IMG/VR virus record: IMGVR_UViG_3300029288_000081
Span: 1 to 64,000 of that record
Strand: one strand, 5' to 3'
DNA: 64,000 nt
Source of the DNA: a virus
Lineage: Duplodnaviria > Caudoviricetes
Shown: positions 8,518 through 18,121 of the stretch, in pieces
Position numbering within the stretch: the stretch's first letter is position 1
Layout: every line of letters begins with the position of its first letter
The notes under the pieces: model-generated
Told to the model about the DNA's origin: nothing
Databases searched by the model: none
The model's input: only the letters and a program-made list of their open reading frames with translations
Made by a program: the position numbers and the translations under genes

Positions 8518-11433
8518 GTGAGCTACGCAGATCATGACCATCCGTCGAGGTGCGCCTTCGACGACAAGCCGATCGGGCCGGACGACAACGGCATCTGCCC
8601 GAGCTGCTGGAAGGCCATGCAGAAGCCTCTGGCCGGCATCAAGGTCAACCGGGACGAGCTACGCGCGGTCCTCGCTGAGGCTTCCGAGGCTCTGCGTGCC
8701 GACCTGGAGGAGCAGGGGGACCTGACGCAGTCCAAGCCCGCCTTCGACGCGCTGGTCGCTGGCCTTCTGCACGTGGCACTCGCGGTCGAGTACGGCGACA
8801 GCGCCATCGACACGGTCGCGACCCGGGTGGACGAGGGCAAACTGGTCGTCGCGGCGGTCTACAACCTGGCCCAGGTGCTCGGCTACAAGGACGTGGCTTC
8901 CAAGCTACTCCGGTCTCGTCTCGGTGGGCCATCGGACGTCATCCGGTTTCGTGACGCCGGCAAGGGCACCTTGCAGGTCCACACGCCCTACGACGAGAAG
9001 TGGAACGTGCTGGCGCGCGAGAACAAGCAGATCTTCTTCACGGCGCCGCAGCAGGACAAGGGGTTCTGGTGGAGGACCTTCCACAGCTCCGAGCTGCGCC
9101 GGGTCGCGAACATGCTCCAGGGCGTCTTCGGCGACCAGCTCACGCTCGGCGTGAACGGCAAGCTCTTCGCTCTGCCGGCGATGCCGCTCCCCAAGGACGA
9201 CGACTTCGGCAAGCCGCCCACCGGCAAGCCGAAGGCGACGAACGAGACGCCGGACATCCCGCCCGAGATCGAAGGCATCCGCCTCGGGGACCGCATCAAG
9301 CTGCCGGGCGGCGGCGAGTCCATCGTGCAGTTCATCGACCCGCGCAAGAACAAGATCGGCGTCGGCGACGTGAAGGGCGGCAAGTACACCTTCTTCTCGT
9401 TCGACGTCGTCGAGACCGAGAACGGCAAGCCGGTCGCCGCGCGCATCAACGCTGAACGGCGCGCTGCTGGCGCGGAGATCGGTGGCACCAAGGTCGAAGA
9501 CCTCGTCATCGATCGCGTCATCCCCACGGCGATGAAGAACTACCAGATCGAGAGCGTGGCCTTCATCGAGAAGAATCGCCGCGTCATCCTCGCCGACGAG
9601 CAGGGACTGGGCAAGACGCTGAGTGCCATCGTCTGCATCGACCCCCCAGCGATCGTCGTCTGCCCGGCCACGCTCAAGCACAACTGGCTCAACGAGATCG
9701 CCAGGTGGCGACCAGACCTGACCACTGCGGTCCTGACCATCTCCGGCGGCGAAGCTCCGAGCGTGGCAGAGCGGAAGCGTGCGTCGGTGTTCATCCTGAA
9801 CTACGACATCATCGCCAAGCACCTGAGCTGGCTCGTCGAGCTGGGCGCCAAGACGCTCATCGCCGACGAGGCGCAGTACCTCAAGAACCTGGGCGTGAGG
9901 TGGGACAACCGGCTACGGGCCCACGGACCCACCGAACAGTCTCCCGCGCGAGCCCGCGCCTTCTACGAGCTGCACCGTAACATCCCGAAGCTCATCCTCG
10001 CGACCGGCACGCCGATCCTGAACAGGACGAAGGAGCTGTTCCCTCTTCTGCATATGTGCAGCAGCGAGGAGTGGAACAGCCAGACGCTCTTCCAGAAGAA
10101 GTATTGCGGCGCCTTCGAGGAGTCCACCGCACGAGGCACCGTGTGGAACGCCAACGGGCGCACGAACTCGGACGAGCTGCACAAGAGGATCAAGACGCGG
10201 TACATGATCCGCCACACCAAGGAGATGGTGCTCAGCGAGCTGCCTCCGAAGTCGCGCAGCTCGATCCCGGTGCCGCTCACCGGAAAGTGGAAGCGCATCT
10301 ACGCGCACCTGCGCAACGACTTCCTCACCTGGGTCTACGCGGAGGGTGGCCCCGAGCGCGTCATGAAGGCGTCGAAGGCTGAAGCCCTGACGCGCCTGAC
10401 GGCCATGCGGCGCGCCTCGGCGAACGGCAAGGTCGAGGCGGCGCTGGAGCTGATCTCCGGTCACCTGGAGAGCACCGGCTTCCGCCCTCTGATCGTCATG
10501 GGCGTTCATGCCGACGCCTTCGCGTCTCTCGGCGATGGGCTCGACGCGATCAACGTCCAGTTCGACGCGGATGTCGCGGCCGGCAGGATGCCGATGGTCA
10601 GCCGCAAGATCCGGTGGGACAGCTGCATCGGCTCGACAGGCCTCGCCAAGCGCGTGAAGGTGTGCGAGCGGTTCCAGAAGGTGGGCGACCTCGACGTCCT
10701 GCTCTTCTCGATCCCTCTCGCCACGGGGCTCACGCTGACGCGGTCGCAGGACATGATCTTCCTGGAGCGCATGTGGCGCCCTGCCGACCAGCTCCAGGCG
10801 GAGGACCGCATCCACCGCATCAGCCAGACGAACGCGGTGCAGATCACCTACCTCGACGGCGTGGGCACCATCGACCAGAAGATCGGCATGTTGCTCATGG
10901 ACAAGTCCAACACCGCGGCCGCGGTCATCGACGGGGAGGACCTCGACTTCGACAAGGCCTTCTACCGGGTGTTCGGCAACATGGTCGGCAAGGACGGCAA
11001 GAAGATCGACCCGTCCAAGCTCCGCGTCATCGAGTCGATCGCCGACCTCTTCGATGAGGACGAGGCTGAGGGCATCGACGCTGGTCAGAGCCTCTCCGAG
11101 CTGGTCGAGGCCCGCAAGGTCATGGAGCAGCAGAAGGCAGACCTGGCCAAGCTCAAGATGCAGACCGAGGGCATGACGTTCGAGGAGGGTATGGCCGAAG
11201 CGCAGAAGCTCGAAGAGGACATCGAGGTGTACGCGCGCAAGCTCCGCGAGAAGCGCGGCAAGCTGATGAAGCCCAACCGCTCCTCGGCAGACGACGGCCT
11301 GGAAGTGGGCGAGCTGTACCCGGGCCACGCGGCCGACCACGCACGCTACCTGCGGCTGAAGAGGGAGATCCCGAACTTCGACACCATCCTCGACAGTATG
11401 GTCATCGACTCCTGGGACCAGCCGCTGGACTGA
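8518..11433 (+). CDS. SNF2/SMARCAL1-like SF2 helicase
   Basis: LADEQGLGKT, VVCPATL, DEAQ, ATGTPILN, QAEDRIHRISQ motifs. Confidence 0.92.
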   Translation: MSYADHDHPSRCAFDDKPIGPDDNGICPSCWKAMQKPLAGIKVNRDELRAVLAEASEALRADLEEQGDLTQSKPAFDALVAGLLHVALAVEYGDSAIDTVATRVDEGKLVVAAVYNLAQVLGYKDVASKLLRSRLGGPSDVIRFRDAGKGTLQVHTPYDEKWNVLARENKQIFFTAPQQDKGFWWRTFHSSELRRVANMLQGVFGDQLTLGVNGKLFALPAMPLPKDDDFGKPPTGKPKATNETPDIPPEIEGIRLGDRIKLPGGGESIVQFIDPRKNKIGVGDVKGGKYTFFSFDVVETENGKPVAARINAERRAAGAEIGGTKVEDLVIDRVIPTAMKNYQIESVAFIEKNRRVILADEQGLGKTLSAIVCIDPPAIVVCPATLKHNWLNEIARWRPDLTTAVLTISGGEAPSVAERKRASVFILNYDIIAKHLSWLVELGAKTLIADEAQYLKNLGVRWDNRLRAHGPTEQSPARARAFYELHRNIPKLILATGTPILNRTKELFPLLHMCSSEEWNSQTLFQKKYCGAFEESTARGTVWNANGRTNSDELHKRIKTRYMIRHTKEMVLSELPPKSRSSIPVPLTGKWKRIYAHLRNDFLTWVYAEGGPERVMKASKAEALTRLTAMRRASANGKVEAALELISGHLESTGFRPLIVMGVHADAFASLGDGLDAINVQFDADVAAGRMPMVSRKIRWDSCIGSTGLAKRVKVCERFQKVGDLDVLLFSIPLATGLTLTRSQDMIFLERMWRPADQLQAEDRIHRISQTNAVQITYLDGVGTIDQKIGMLLMDKSNTAAAVIDGEDLDFDKAFYRVFGNMVGKDGKKIDPSKLRVIESIADLFDEDEAEGIDAGQSLSELVEARKVMEQQKADLAKLKMQTEGMTFEEGMAEAQKLEEDIEVYARKLREKRGKLMKPNRSSADDGLEVGELYPGHAADHARYLRLKREIPNFDTILDSMVIDSWDQPLD

Positions 11434-12122
11434 TGATGATCCGCGGAGGGAAAGAGCCCCTGTCGGTCGACGACATGATCCGCGAGGCGGGCGACCCTTG
11501 GCCAAAGATCAAGAGGGACATGCTCAACGCGCTCGTGACCGGGGCCGGTCCGTCCGACGAGGAGACGGCGGAAGCAGAGGCGATGGTGGGCAAGATCCCC
11601 GCCTGCCTGGCCACGAAATGGCCTGGGGTGGGCTTCATTGACGACCTGAACGCCAGCGTGCGCAGCTTTTCCTCATACGACGCAACCACGCAGTGGGTAA
11701 GGACCGGGCTGTCGATGCACGCCGCGGATTCGCAAGCTGGCGCTGCCTACTTGGCGGAAGAGCACGGCATTCAGCCGCTGGTCAGCTTCATGTGGCTCAG
11801 TGACCCGTCAACGTTGGACCAGGACACCCGAAGCCGTCTGGACCACTTTGCCGAGCGACTGACAGATCGTCCCAGCAAAGAAGCTGAGTACCAGCAGACG
11901 CTTACGATGGCACTCACGCTGTCGAGCGCGAGACGCGCCTTCCACGACTTCAGCGAAGAGCTGGACGGGGTCACGCCGCGTGAACAGTTAGAGGCAGTTC
12001 TACGCTTCCGAAACCAGCTCCTGTGCTGGCTCTGGTGGGTGGCGCGCATCGTGGATGGCTATGAGATCGACTGGAGCGCGTATCCGATGCCGTGGGAGCT
12101 GGACGAGGAGCCTGTCTCATGA
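11433..12122 (+). CDS. hypothetical protein
   Basis: 229-aa ORF with overlapping start; codon usage looks less GC3-biased than neighbours. Confidence 0.65.
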   Translation: MMIRGGKEPLSVDDMIREAGDPWPKIKRDMLNALVTGAGPSDEETAEAEAMVGKIPACLATKWPGVGFIDDLNASVRSFSSYDATTQWVRTGLSMHAADSQAGAAYLAEEHGIQPLVSFMWLSDPSTLDQDTRSRLDHFAERLTDRPSKEAEYQQTLTMALTLSSARRAFHDFSEELDGVTPREQLEAVLRFRNQLLCWLWWVARIVDGYEIDWSAYPMPWELDEEPVS

Positions 12123-12661
12123 CCGCACCCATCGTCGTTTACACCGGTGCCTCTGTCTGGGAGGGTCGTCCGTACATCAAGGCGTCCCGCAAGGGTCGCT
12201 CCGAGCACGGGCCGGGGCTCTACTTCACGACGCGGCTCCAGACGGCGAGGAAGTACGCCAAGGGGCGCGGAGCCGTCCTGCGCGTGGAGATTGACCCGTC
12301 GTTCACATGGCTGGAGGACGCCACGGCTCCCATCGAAGACCTCGTGGAGTGGGTCTCCGGTCGGCGCGCCATGCGCAAGAAGATCGAGATCATCGACGAC
12401 ATCCTCACCCGAGCCAACCGCGGACTGCCTCCGGGCCGCGGTCGCGTGGCCACTCTCGTCAACCTGATGGTCAACTACAACGCCATCACGGGGGAGCACG
12501 GTCCCGCACTCGCCGAGTTCCTCGCGAGCCTGGGCATCGGAGCCTCGCATGTGAGGCAGTCGGATGAGGACTGGGTCGTCCTCTTCGACCCCTCGAAGGT
12601 CCTGTCCTGGCGCCGCGTGGGCCCCAATGACGCCGAGGACCTGCCGAGCGTTCGTCGCTAG
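12119..12661 (+). CDS. putative ADP-ribosyltransferase-like (polyvalent ART) protein
   Basis: VYTG...HGPGLYFTTRLQTARKYA...EDWVVLFDP. Confidence 0.6.
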   Translation: MTAPIVVYTGASVWEGRPYIKASRKGRSEHGPGLYFTTRLQTARKYAKGRGAVLRVEIDPSFTWLEDATAPIEDLVEWVSGRRAMRKKIEIIDDILTRANRGLPPGRGRVATLVNLMVNYNAITGEHGPALAEFLASLGIGASHVRQSDEDWVVLFDPSKVLSWRRVGPNDAEDLPSVRR

Positions 12662-13008
12662 CGATGGAAGATCGGCCCGAGCCGGCTGTCGCCGGTCGCC
12701 GTGGGCACCGAACTCTGGAGCCTCTTCAGTGCCACCTCGCGTCGATGGTGTGCGAGCGCTTCGGGGTCGGTCACGTGGGGCCATCCCCCGTCGGCGATGT
12801 AGACGCTCCAGGTCCGCGTCGGCGCCGGGGCGCCTGTCTCGGATGGCAGCTTCAGGCCTGGAACGACGACGAGCAGCTTGGCGCGGCCCATGTCGGCAGC
12901 GAGCCGTGAGAGCGGGTACACCTCGAAGGGCCGGTCTCTCGCCGCTCTGTTCAAGATCTCCACCGCTTCGCTGGTGAGAGTCCCGTCAGTGTGGCGCATC
13001 TCGGTCAT
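12658..13008 (-). CDS. hypothetical protein (VALKRLQ motif)
   Basis: MTEMRH..., ATGA overlap. Confidence 0.55.
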   Translation of the reverse strand: MTEMRHTDGTLTSEAVEILNRAARDRPFEVYPLSRLAADMGRAKLLVVVPGLKLPSETGAPAPTRTWSVYIADGGWPHVTDPEALAHHRREVALKRLQSSVPTATGDSRLGPIFHR

Positions 13009-13412
13009 CGACGAGCCCGACAGAGGATGCACGAGGAGCGCTCTTCCCCGTGCCGGCACGCAGCTGCCTTCGCCTCTTCGAGGGTGACCAGGGTGACCGG
13101 CGGAGGCGGGCTCTGCGTCGTCGTCGAGGCGATCCACACGGTCGCATGACGGCTCGTCCTCGTCAGCCTGGTGCGCCCCGAGTCGACGACGAGGTCCTTG
13201 AGCACCAGCCCACGACGCCTCGCACTCGCTGTCTGGTGCAGCAGATGAAGTGCCTGCTCCACCTCGTCGTCGGTCGCGCCGAAGTTGCCACAGGTCCGGA
13301 TGAGGTCGAGGACACGAGCCTCGTCTACGGCCGCCTTGCCCACCTGCGACGCGGCGGCGGCCTGGCTGGTAGAAGATCCTGCAACGTAGGGTCGATATGG
13401 CTTGCGGCTCAC
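13005..13412 (-). CDS. winged-helix DNA-binding protein
   Basis: GATDDEVEQALHLLHQTASARRRGLV..LVVDSGRTRLT...A.VW. Confidence 0.8.
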   Translation of the reverse strand: MSRKPYRPYVAGSSTSQAAAASQVGKAAVDEARVLDLIRTCGNFGATDDEVEQALHLLHQTASARRRGLVLKDLVVDSGRTRLTRTSRHATVWIASTTTQSPPPPVTLVTLEEAKAAACRHGEERSSCILCRARR

Positions 13413-13636
13413 GGTTCAGCTCCCTCTTCGGACGTAGCACCAATGCTCTTCAGTTCTTGCCAGCCGTTGCCAGTGAGAACGCCTGTGAAGACGTGGACGC
13501 AGCCGGCGACTACCGCGATGTCCCCCACCTCCACATCGCGGCACGGGAGGCTCTCGGGTGCTCCGAACTCTCCCCAGTGCCTCATGAAAGGAGGAGGTTC
13601 CTTCAGCCGCCGCAGAGCTTCCCCGCGGCGACTCAC
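13409..13636 (-). CDS. small protein, paralog of 13633-13923
   Basis: EALRRLKEPPP..HWGEF. Confidence 0.7.
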   Translation of the reverse strand: MSRRGEALRRLKEPPPFMRHWGEFGAPESLPCRDVEVGDIAVVAGCVHVFTGVLTGNGWQELKSIGATSEEGAEP

Positions 13637-13923
13637 GGCTCAGATCCGTTCTTGGCAGCGTTGGCAGCGTACTCCGCGTAGGCGCGTGCGAATCGAGCAA
13701 GGTCATCACCGCTCATCTTCGGTGGCGCTTTCACGCCCAGAGGTGCTGACCACTCTGAAGCAACGAAGACGTGCATGCCGGCAGGCGTCGCTGCCGTGTC
13801 TCCGTTCTGCACACGAACGCTTGTCCGAAGACGGTCGAGCGCAGCGACATCGGGGAACTCTCCCCAGTGCAACGGTGGACGCGGGTCCTTCAGTCGACAC
13901 AGAGCCTCCTTGCGGCTACTCAT
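13633..13923 (-). CDS. small protein, paralog of 13409-13636
   Basis: EALCRLKDPRPPLHWGEF. Confidence 0.7.
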   Translation of the reverse strand: MSSRKEALCRLKDPRPPLHWGEFPDVAALDRLRTSVRVQNGDTAATPAGMHVFVASEWSAPLGVKAPPKMSGDDLARFARAYAEYAANAAKNGSEP

Positions 13924-14197
13924 CGTCGTCCTCGGGCGGCGGCTCGCCGATCTGATCGATCCAATCGAACGCGGGCCCCCGCCGCTGAGCCGTCTCCCAG
14001 ATCGTCACATGCTTCAGGCACTCGGGACAGGTCGGCCTCCGCTTCTCGTAGCCGAGCTTGAACTCAGCCCACTTCGCGCAGGAGGTGTAGGCGCCCATCC
14101 GCAAGATCGGCGGCGGCGTGGCCTGCTCCTGCGTCAAGTGCCACACCCCGGCGAGCATCACGCACTGGTAGACAGGATTGAGGTAGGCAGTGCTCAT
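13916..14197 (-). CDS. small Zn-binding protein
   Basis: H...C...CPEC; chained overlaps. Confidence 0.6.
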   Translation of the reverse strand: MSTAYLNPVYQCVMLAGVWHLTQEQATPPPILRMGAYTSCAKWAEFKLGYEKRRPTCPECLKHVTIWETAQRRGPAFDWIDQIGEPPPEDDDE

Positions 14198-14511
14198 CGG
14201 TTCCTCGGCCGGCTCGGCTCAGGAGGCTCGTAGCCTTCGATCCATCCACTGCCCGGATGCTTGTCGAACGCATCCTTCGCGCACTGCTCCGAGCAGAAGG
14301 GTCGGGAGGACATGCGATCGCCGCCATCGTTCGTGACCACCACAAGGCGCCACGTGCGACCGCCAAGCGGCACCGGGTCGACGAACGTGCCACCGCAGCC
14401 ACGACAGGTGATCTCGACGATCTTGGCCCCGAGCCGCCTCAGCGTGGCGACCCGACGCTCGTACATCTCACGCCCCTGCTCGGTCACAGCAACGATGCTC
14501 ACTGCGCCCAC
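14194..14511 (-). CDS. small Zn-finger protein (ATLRRLG)
   Basis: CRGC...FCSEQC. Confidence 0.65.
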   Translation of the reverse strand: MGAVSIVAVTEQGREMYERRVATLRRLGAKIVEITCRGCGGTFVDPVPLGGRTWRLVVVTNDGGDRMSSRPFCSEQCAKDAFDKHPGSGWIEGYEPPEPSRPRNR

Positions 14512-14750
14512 TCCGGCGGCAAGTACGCTTGCTTCGGCACCGTCGCCAGATTGAGCTGCCGCTTGCTATCTTCCTCGCGCACCTCGCGCCGCACCTCATG
14601 CCTGAGCCAGTCGACGTAGCACTGGTCACAGAGACGCGCGCCGTGCCTCAAGCCCTTATGCCCGTGCCGTGGCTCGCAGTTGGGCTCGGAGCACACCTCG
14701 CACACCGGGAAGCCCAGTCTGCGAGCCGCCTCGTTGCGCTCGTCGGTCAC
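14499..14750 (-). CDS. small Zn-finger protein (EAARRLG)
   Basis: CEVC...CDQC. Confidence 0.65.
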   Translation of the reverse strand: MTDERNEAARRLGFPVCEVCSEPNCEPRHGHKGLRHGARLCDQCYVDWLRHEVRREVREEDSKRQLNLATVPKQAYLPPEWAQ

Positions 14751-14941
14751 GACGACTCGACTTCCCGAACGGACTCGATCGACCAGTCGGCCAGCTCGAA
14801 CGGTGCCGTCGGGGAGATCTCACCCTGTGCCAGTTCACGCGCCTCGTCCTCGCTCGTCGCCTCGACCTCCACGTACCCTCGCGCGGTGTACTCGACGCGC
14901 ACCCGGTAGACCTTCATCTTCCGCTCCTTCGTGGTCGTCAT
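14747..14941 (-). CDS. small phage-type protein
   Basis: YRVRVEY...VEVEATSEDEARELA. Confidence 0.65.
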   Translation of the reverse strand: MTTTKERKMKVYRVRVEYTARGYVEVEATSEDEARELAQGEISPTAPFELADWSIESVREVESS

Positions 14942-15177
14942 CGGACGGGCTCCAGCTCGAAGTGATCTGCCTTCGCCTGCACCCAGCGGGTGCCCTTGCG
15001 CTTGAACAACCAGGACCCCGAGCGTCCGGCCTCATTCGAGGGGCCCTCGAAGACGACGTGCTCCGACGTCACCTTCGTGACGGCCCCCGTGTTCACGATC
15101 TTCGCGCGGGGCACGTCCCGCACGATGGCAGGATCCCCCACCTTGAAGAGATGCGCGTCCTTGTTCTTGCTGGGCAT
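14938..15177 (-). CDS. small SH3/KOW-like protein
   Basis: FKVGDPAIV; first gene after the promoter at 15211-15238. Confidence 0.6.
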   Translation of the reverse strand: MPSKNKDAHLFKVGDPAIVRDVPRAKIVNTGAVTKVTSEHVVFEGPSNEAGRSGSWLFKRKGTRWVQAKADHFELEPVR

Positions 15178-15210
15178 CGCGAAAACCGTTTGCTTCTTTC
15201 GACCGACTCA

Positions 15211-15238
15211 CTATAGTCGCTTGTCTGACAGGAGCAAG
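15211..15238 (-). promoter_or_regulatory. promoter with TGTCAGACA in the spacer
   Basis: minus strand TTGCTC-N16-TATAGT; palindrome 15222-15230; divergent intergenic region. Confidence 0.65.
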
Positions 15239-15266
15239 GTGCTCCGGTCGAAAGGACGATCGAATC

Positions 15267-15590
15267 ATGGCTCGCACCCTCTTCCTCGCGACGATGCTCC
15301 TCGCCGGCTGCGCCGGCAGTCCGCCTCCCGAGGAGACGCTCTCGTGCTTCACCGACGCGGCTCTCACGGAGTGCATCGAGTTCGGGCCCGGGTTCTCCGA
15401 GGACACAGCGCTCGGCTTCTGCGTCGACTTCCTCCTGCTGCCTGGCCCGTGCGTCATCGGACGCGTCGGACACTGCACCGCTGCTCTCGACGGTGCCGAG
15501 CTGACCGTCTCCTGGTACGGCGACAACCGCACGGTCGACGAACAGGTGGCCACCTGCACGGCGCTCGACGGGAGCTACGAGGCGAACTGA
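15267..15590 (+). CDS. Cys-rich lipoprotein
   Basis: MARTLFLATMLLAG|C lipobox; six further Cys. Confidence 0.8.
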   Translation: MARTLFLATMLLAGCAGSPPPEETLSCFTDAALTECIEFGPGFSEDTALGFCVDFLLLPGPCVIGRVGHCTAALDGAELTVSWYGDNRTVDEQVATCTALDGSYEAN

Positions 15591-16336
15591 TGTCGGCCAT
15601 CAGGAAGAAGCCGTGGGACATCGTCCCCGAGATGAGCGAAGCCAGCTCCCGCAGCATGAAGAGCCTTGCTGCGCTCGCCGCCACCGTCGTACAAGACGTC
15701 CTCGGTCCCTCGCCGCAGGCGGACAAGGAGGCGGAAGACAACAAGGCGTACCAGCTGTACCTGGCCAACTGGCACGATGTCGTTCGCCGCATGCGCGCGA
15801 TGTCCGATGACGAGTACGAAAGTGCCGTTGCGGACGGGCTCCCAGGCCCCTGCCCGGTCAGGCCCGAGCAGCGTGCGCAAGGGCAGCTGGACGCGTGGCT
15901 GCACGAGAAGCTGCGCCTGCGTCTCATGGGCCGGATCGACGAGGTCCTCATGGACGTGATCGGCATCGAGAACAGCTTCGGGACCATGCGCCTGAAGAAC
16001 ACCACGAACGCCCCCTTCGCCGCCCTTCTCAGCGCCAAGGCGCGCGACGTGGCCAACGACATGGTGAAGAAGTGGGTGGAAGAGAACCCCGATGTCGTCT
16101 TCAAGCCGGCGAAGATGGATGAGATCTCCGCTGGGTACAGGCGCGAGCTGGAAGGGGCGACGAGGATGGCCATCTCCGAGCGCATCAAGCGCATCGCACA
16201 GGAGCGCGCCGAGAGCATCCGTGCCGAGGTGCTGGAAGCGGCTGTCGACGAGGCGATGTTCGACACCTACCCGGTCCTGCGCCGCATGGACGCGCTCTCT
16301 CGCCTGGGCGCGAAGCCCGAGGCCGAGGCGGAGTAG
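15590..16336 (+). CDS. hypothetical helical protein (C-terminal DALSRLG)
   Basis: TGATG overlap; GC3 bias. Confidence 0.7.
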   Translation: MSAIRKKPWDIVPEMSEASSRSMKSLAALAATVVQDVLGPSPQADKEAEDNKAYQLYLANWHDVVRRMRAMSDDEYESAVADGLPGPCPVRPEQRAQGQLDAWLHEKLRLRLMGRIDEVLMDVIGIENSFGTMRLKNTTNAPFAALLSAKARDVANDMVKKWVEENPDVVFKPAKMDEISAGYRRELEGATRMAISERIKRIAQERAESIRAEVLEAAVDEAMFDTYPVLRRMDALSRLGAKPEAEAE

Positions 16337-16344
16337 AATCGCGC

Positions 16345-16731
16345 ATGACCTACCATTCGCAGCCCTCCAAGACCGCTCGCGTCCTCTTCCCGCGGACCGG
16401 TACCTGGGTCGAAGCTCACGTGGCAGACACCGAGCCCGCTCGCATCCAGGGCCTCCACGGGCGAAGCAGCCTCGCGTCCAACGAGGGCATGCTCTTCCGC
16501 TTCCCCGATGGCCTGGTCTCGCCCCTGGCGATGACGATGGCCAAGATGCTCATCCCTCTCGACATCGTCTTCGTCGGGCCCGACATGACCATCAGGCACA
16601 TCGCCCGGCGGGTCCTTCCGGGTCGCGAGCGTCCGGTGCTGGGCCCGGCGGTGCCCTGGGTCTTGGAGGTGCCGCACGACTTCACGCGCAGGCATCGGCT
16701 GGTGCTCGGCGACAGGATGGAGCTGTCGTGA
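16345..16731 (+). CDS. DUF192-family protein
   Basis: VADT...IQGL.GRSSL..NEGMLFRFP...MLIPLDIVFV...WVLEVP. Confidence 0.85.
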   Translation: MTYHSQPSKTARVLFPRTGTWVEAHVADTEPARIQGLHGRSSLASNEGMLFRFPDGLVSPLAMTMAKMLIPLDIVFVGPDMTIRHIARRVLPGRERPVLGPAVPWVLEVPHDFTRRHRLVLGDRMELS

Positions 16732-16916
16732 CCAGTTCAGAAGTCTCCTGGAGCACGGTCGAAGCGGCCATGGCGCGGCTCAAGCGTGGCCAGGGGCGGG
16801 AGGGTGACTTCGCTCTCGTGCAGCAGGCGTTCAGGCAGGATCCTCGGAAGTACGCCCAGCTGAAGGCTGCGGTGGACAAGCAGGTCATCGCCGACGTGCG
16901 GAAGGGGCTCGGCTGA
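16728..16916 (+). CDS. small protein (AAMARLK)
   Basis: GTGA overlap with the DUF192 stop. Confidence 0.5.
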   Translation: MTSSEVSWSTVEAAMARLKRGQGREGDFALVQQAFRQDPRKYAQLKAAVDKQVIADVRKGLG

Positions 16917-16919
16917 GTC

Positions 16920-17468
16920 ATGAAGGTCTTGGCCATCAACCACGAGGGAGATCCGCTCTTCGTTCGCGACGAGCGTGGGCGCGACTTCGAGGTCGAGGTC
17001 CACGTGACGACCGACACGTGGAGTGGTGCCCGCTTCTTCCACAGTCACTCCGGGACGATCGCAAACCCGTCGTCTGTCGCCGTGCCGCCCACTCGTGTCC
17101 TGATGGCTCACTCTCTTCCGACTGCCGAAGAGCGTGATGAGCATCGGCGCCGAGCACGGGGGGTCGCGCTGCTGGGTGGAGACGTCGAGGACCCGGTCTC
17201 CGCTCGTCGGCGCAGGGCTGACACGCGCAACTGGGTACGCAGCGTGCAGCGCCCCGCACAGGACGTGCTCATCAAGACGGAGTCGCTCGTGACCAAGATG
17301 CGGTCGATCGTCCTGTCAGCTACAGCTCAGGACAGGGTCGCGGGACCGTCCAGCGAGACACAGGAGAAGCGCGCCGAGGCGCTGCGCAGGCTGCAAGATC
17401 CTCCGACGCTGACGCCGCACGATGTGATGCTCTTCATCGACGGACTCCGGAGCCGAGACATCTTGTGA
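16920..17468 (+). CDS. hypothetical protein (EALRRLQ)
   Basis: ORF in co-oriented chain. Confidence 0.6.
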   Translation: MKVLAINHEGDPLFVRDERGRDFEVEVHVTTDTWSGARFFHSHSGTIANPSSVAVPPTRVLMAHSLPTAEERDEHRRRARGVALLGGDVEDPVSARRRRADTRNWVRSVQRPAQDVLIKTESLVTKMRSIVLSATAQDRVAGPSSETQEKRAEALRRLQDPPTLTPHDVMLFIDGLRSRDIL

Positions 17469-17767
17469 GTATGGAGGGCTGGAAGGCGATGGGTCGCCTC
17501 GGTGTGCCCACGTTCGTCTGCGATGGTTGCACACGTGTCTCGCCACTCCATATGTCCAACAGCATCAGCATCCGCGGTCGGCACTGGCGGGTAGAGAGCC
17601 GGTGGCGCCGTGACCATCTGAACGCGTGGCACGTATCCGCCTGGATCGCCTGCTCGCAGGAGTGTGCTGTCGCAATCGCGGAGCGAGAGAAGCGCGCCTA
17701 CGGGCAGCAGTTGCCCAAGCTGACCTTCGCCGTCCACGGGCCGTACACCCCGAACGACTCCGCGTGA
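17465..17767 (+). CDS. small Zn-finger protein (KAMGRLG)
   Basis: CDGC...ACSQEC. Confidence 0.65.
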   Translation: MSMEGWKAMGRLGVPTFVCDGCTRVSPLHMSNSISIRGRHWRVESRWRRDHLNAWHVSAWIACSQECAVAIAEREKRAYGQQLPKLTFAVHGPYTPNDSA

Positions 17768-18048
17768 TGCACTACCACCACTGCCCCTTCTGCTACGAAG
17801 CGTTCTCGTGCGAGATGCGATGCACCATCGAGCCAGATCTCGAAGACCGCGGCCGCGACTTCGGCAGTCATACGGTGTGCCACGACATCGCGTGCCAGCT
17901 TGCGGCCGCCGCGCATCGGTACGACGAGCGGCACGAGCAGCGGAAGCGAGACGCCCTCCAGCGGCTTCAGTCGCCGCTCCAGAACATCGGAACCGAGAAG
18001 GACGCGCGGTACACCCTTCCTGGCATTCACCGGCGACCCGTCGCATAG
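17767..18048 (+). CDS. small Cys/His protein (DALQRLQ)
   Basis: MHYHHCPFC...C...C...CHDIAC. Confidence 0.6.
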   Translation: MHYHHCPFCYEAFSCEMRCTIEPDLEDRGRDFGSHTVCHDIACQLAAAAHRYDERHEQRKRDALQRLQSPLQNIGTEKDARYTLPGIHRRPVA

Positions 18049-18086
18049 GCGATCCGTCGCATAGACAGCTGCGTGCGTCGAAAGTA

Positions 18087-18115
18087 TTGACGTGATGTCC
18101 GACAGGGCGTAGGTT
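18087..18115 (+). promoter_or_regulatory. promoter with TGTCCGACA in the spacer
   Basis: TTGACG-N17-TAGGTT, palindrome 18096-18104, GTG start at 18122. Confidence 0.7.
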
Positions 18116-18121
18116 CGCGAC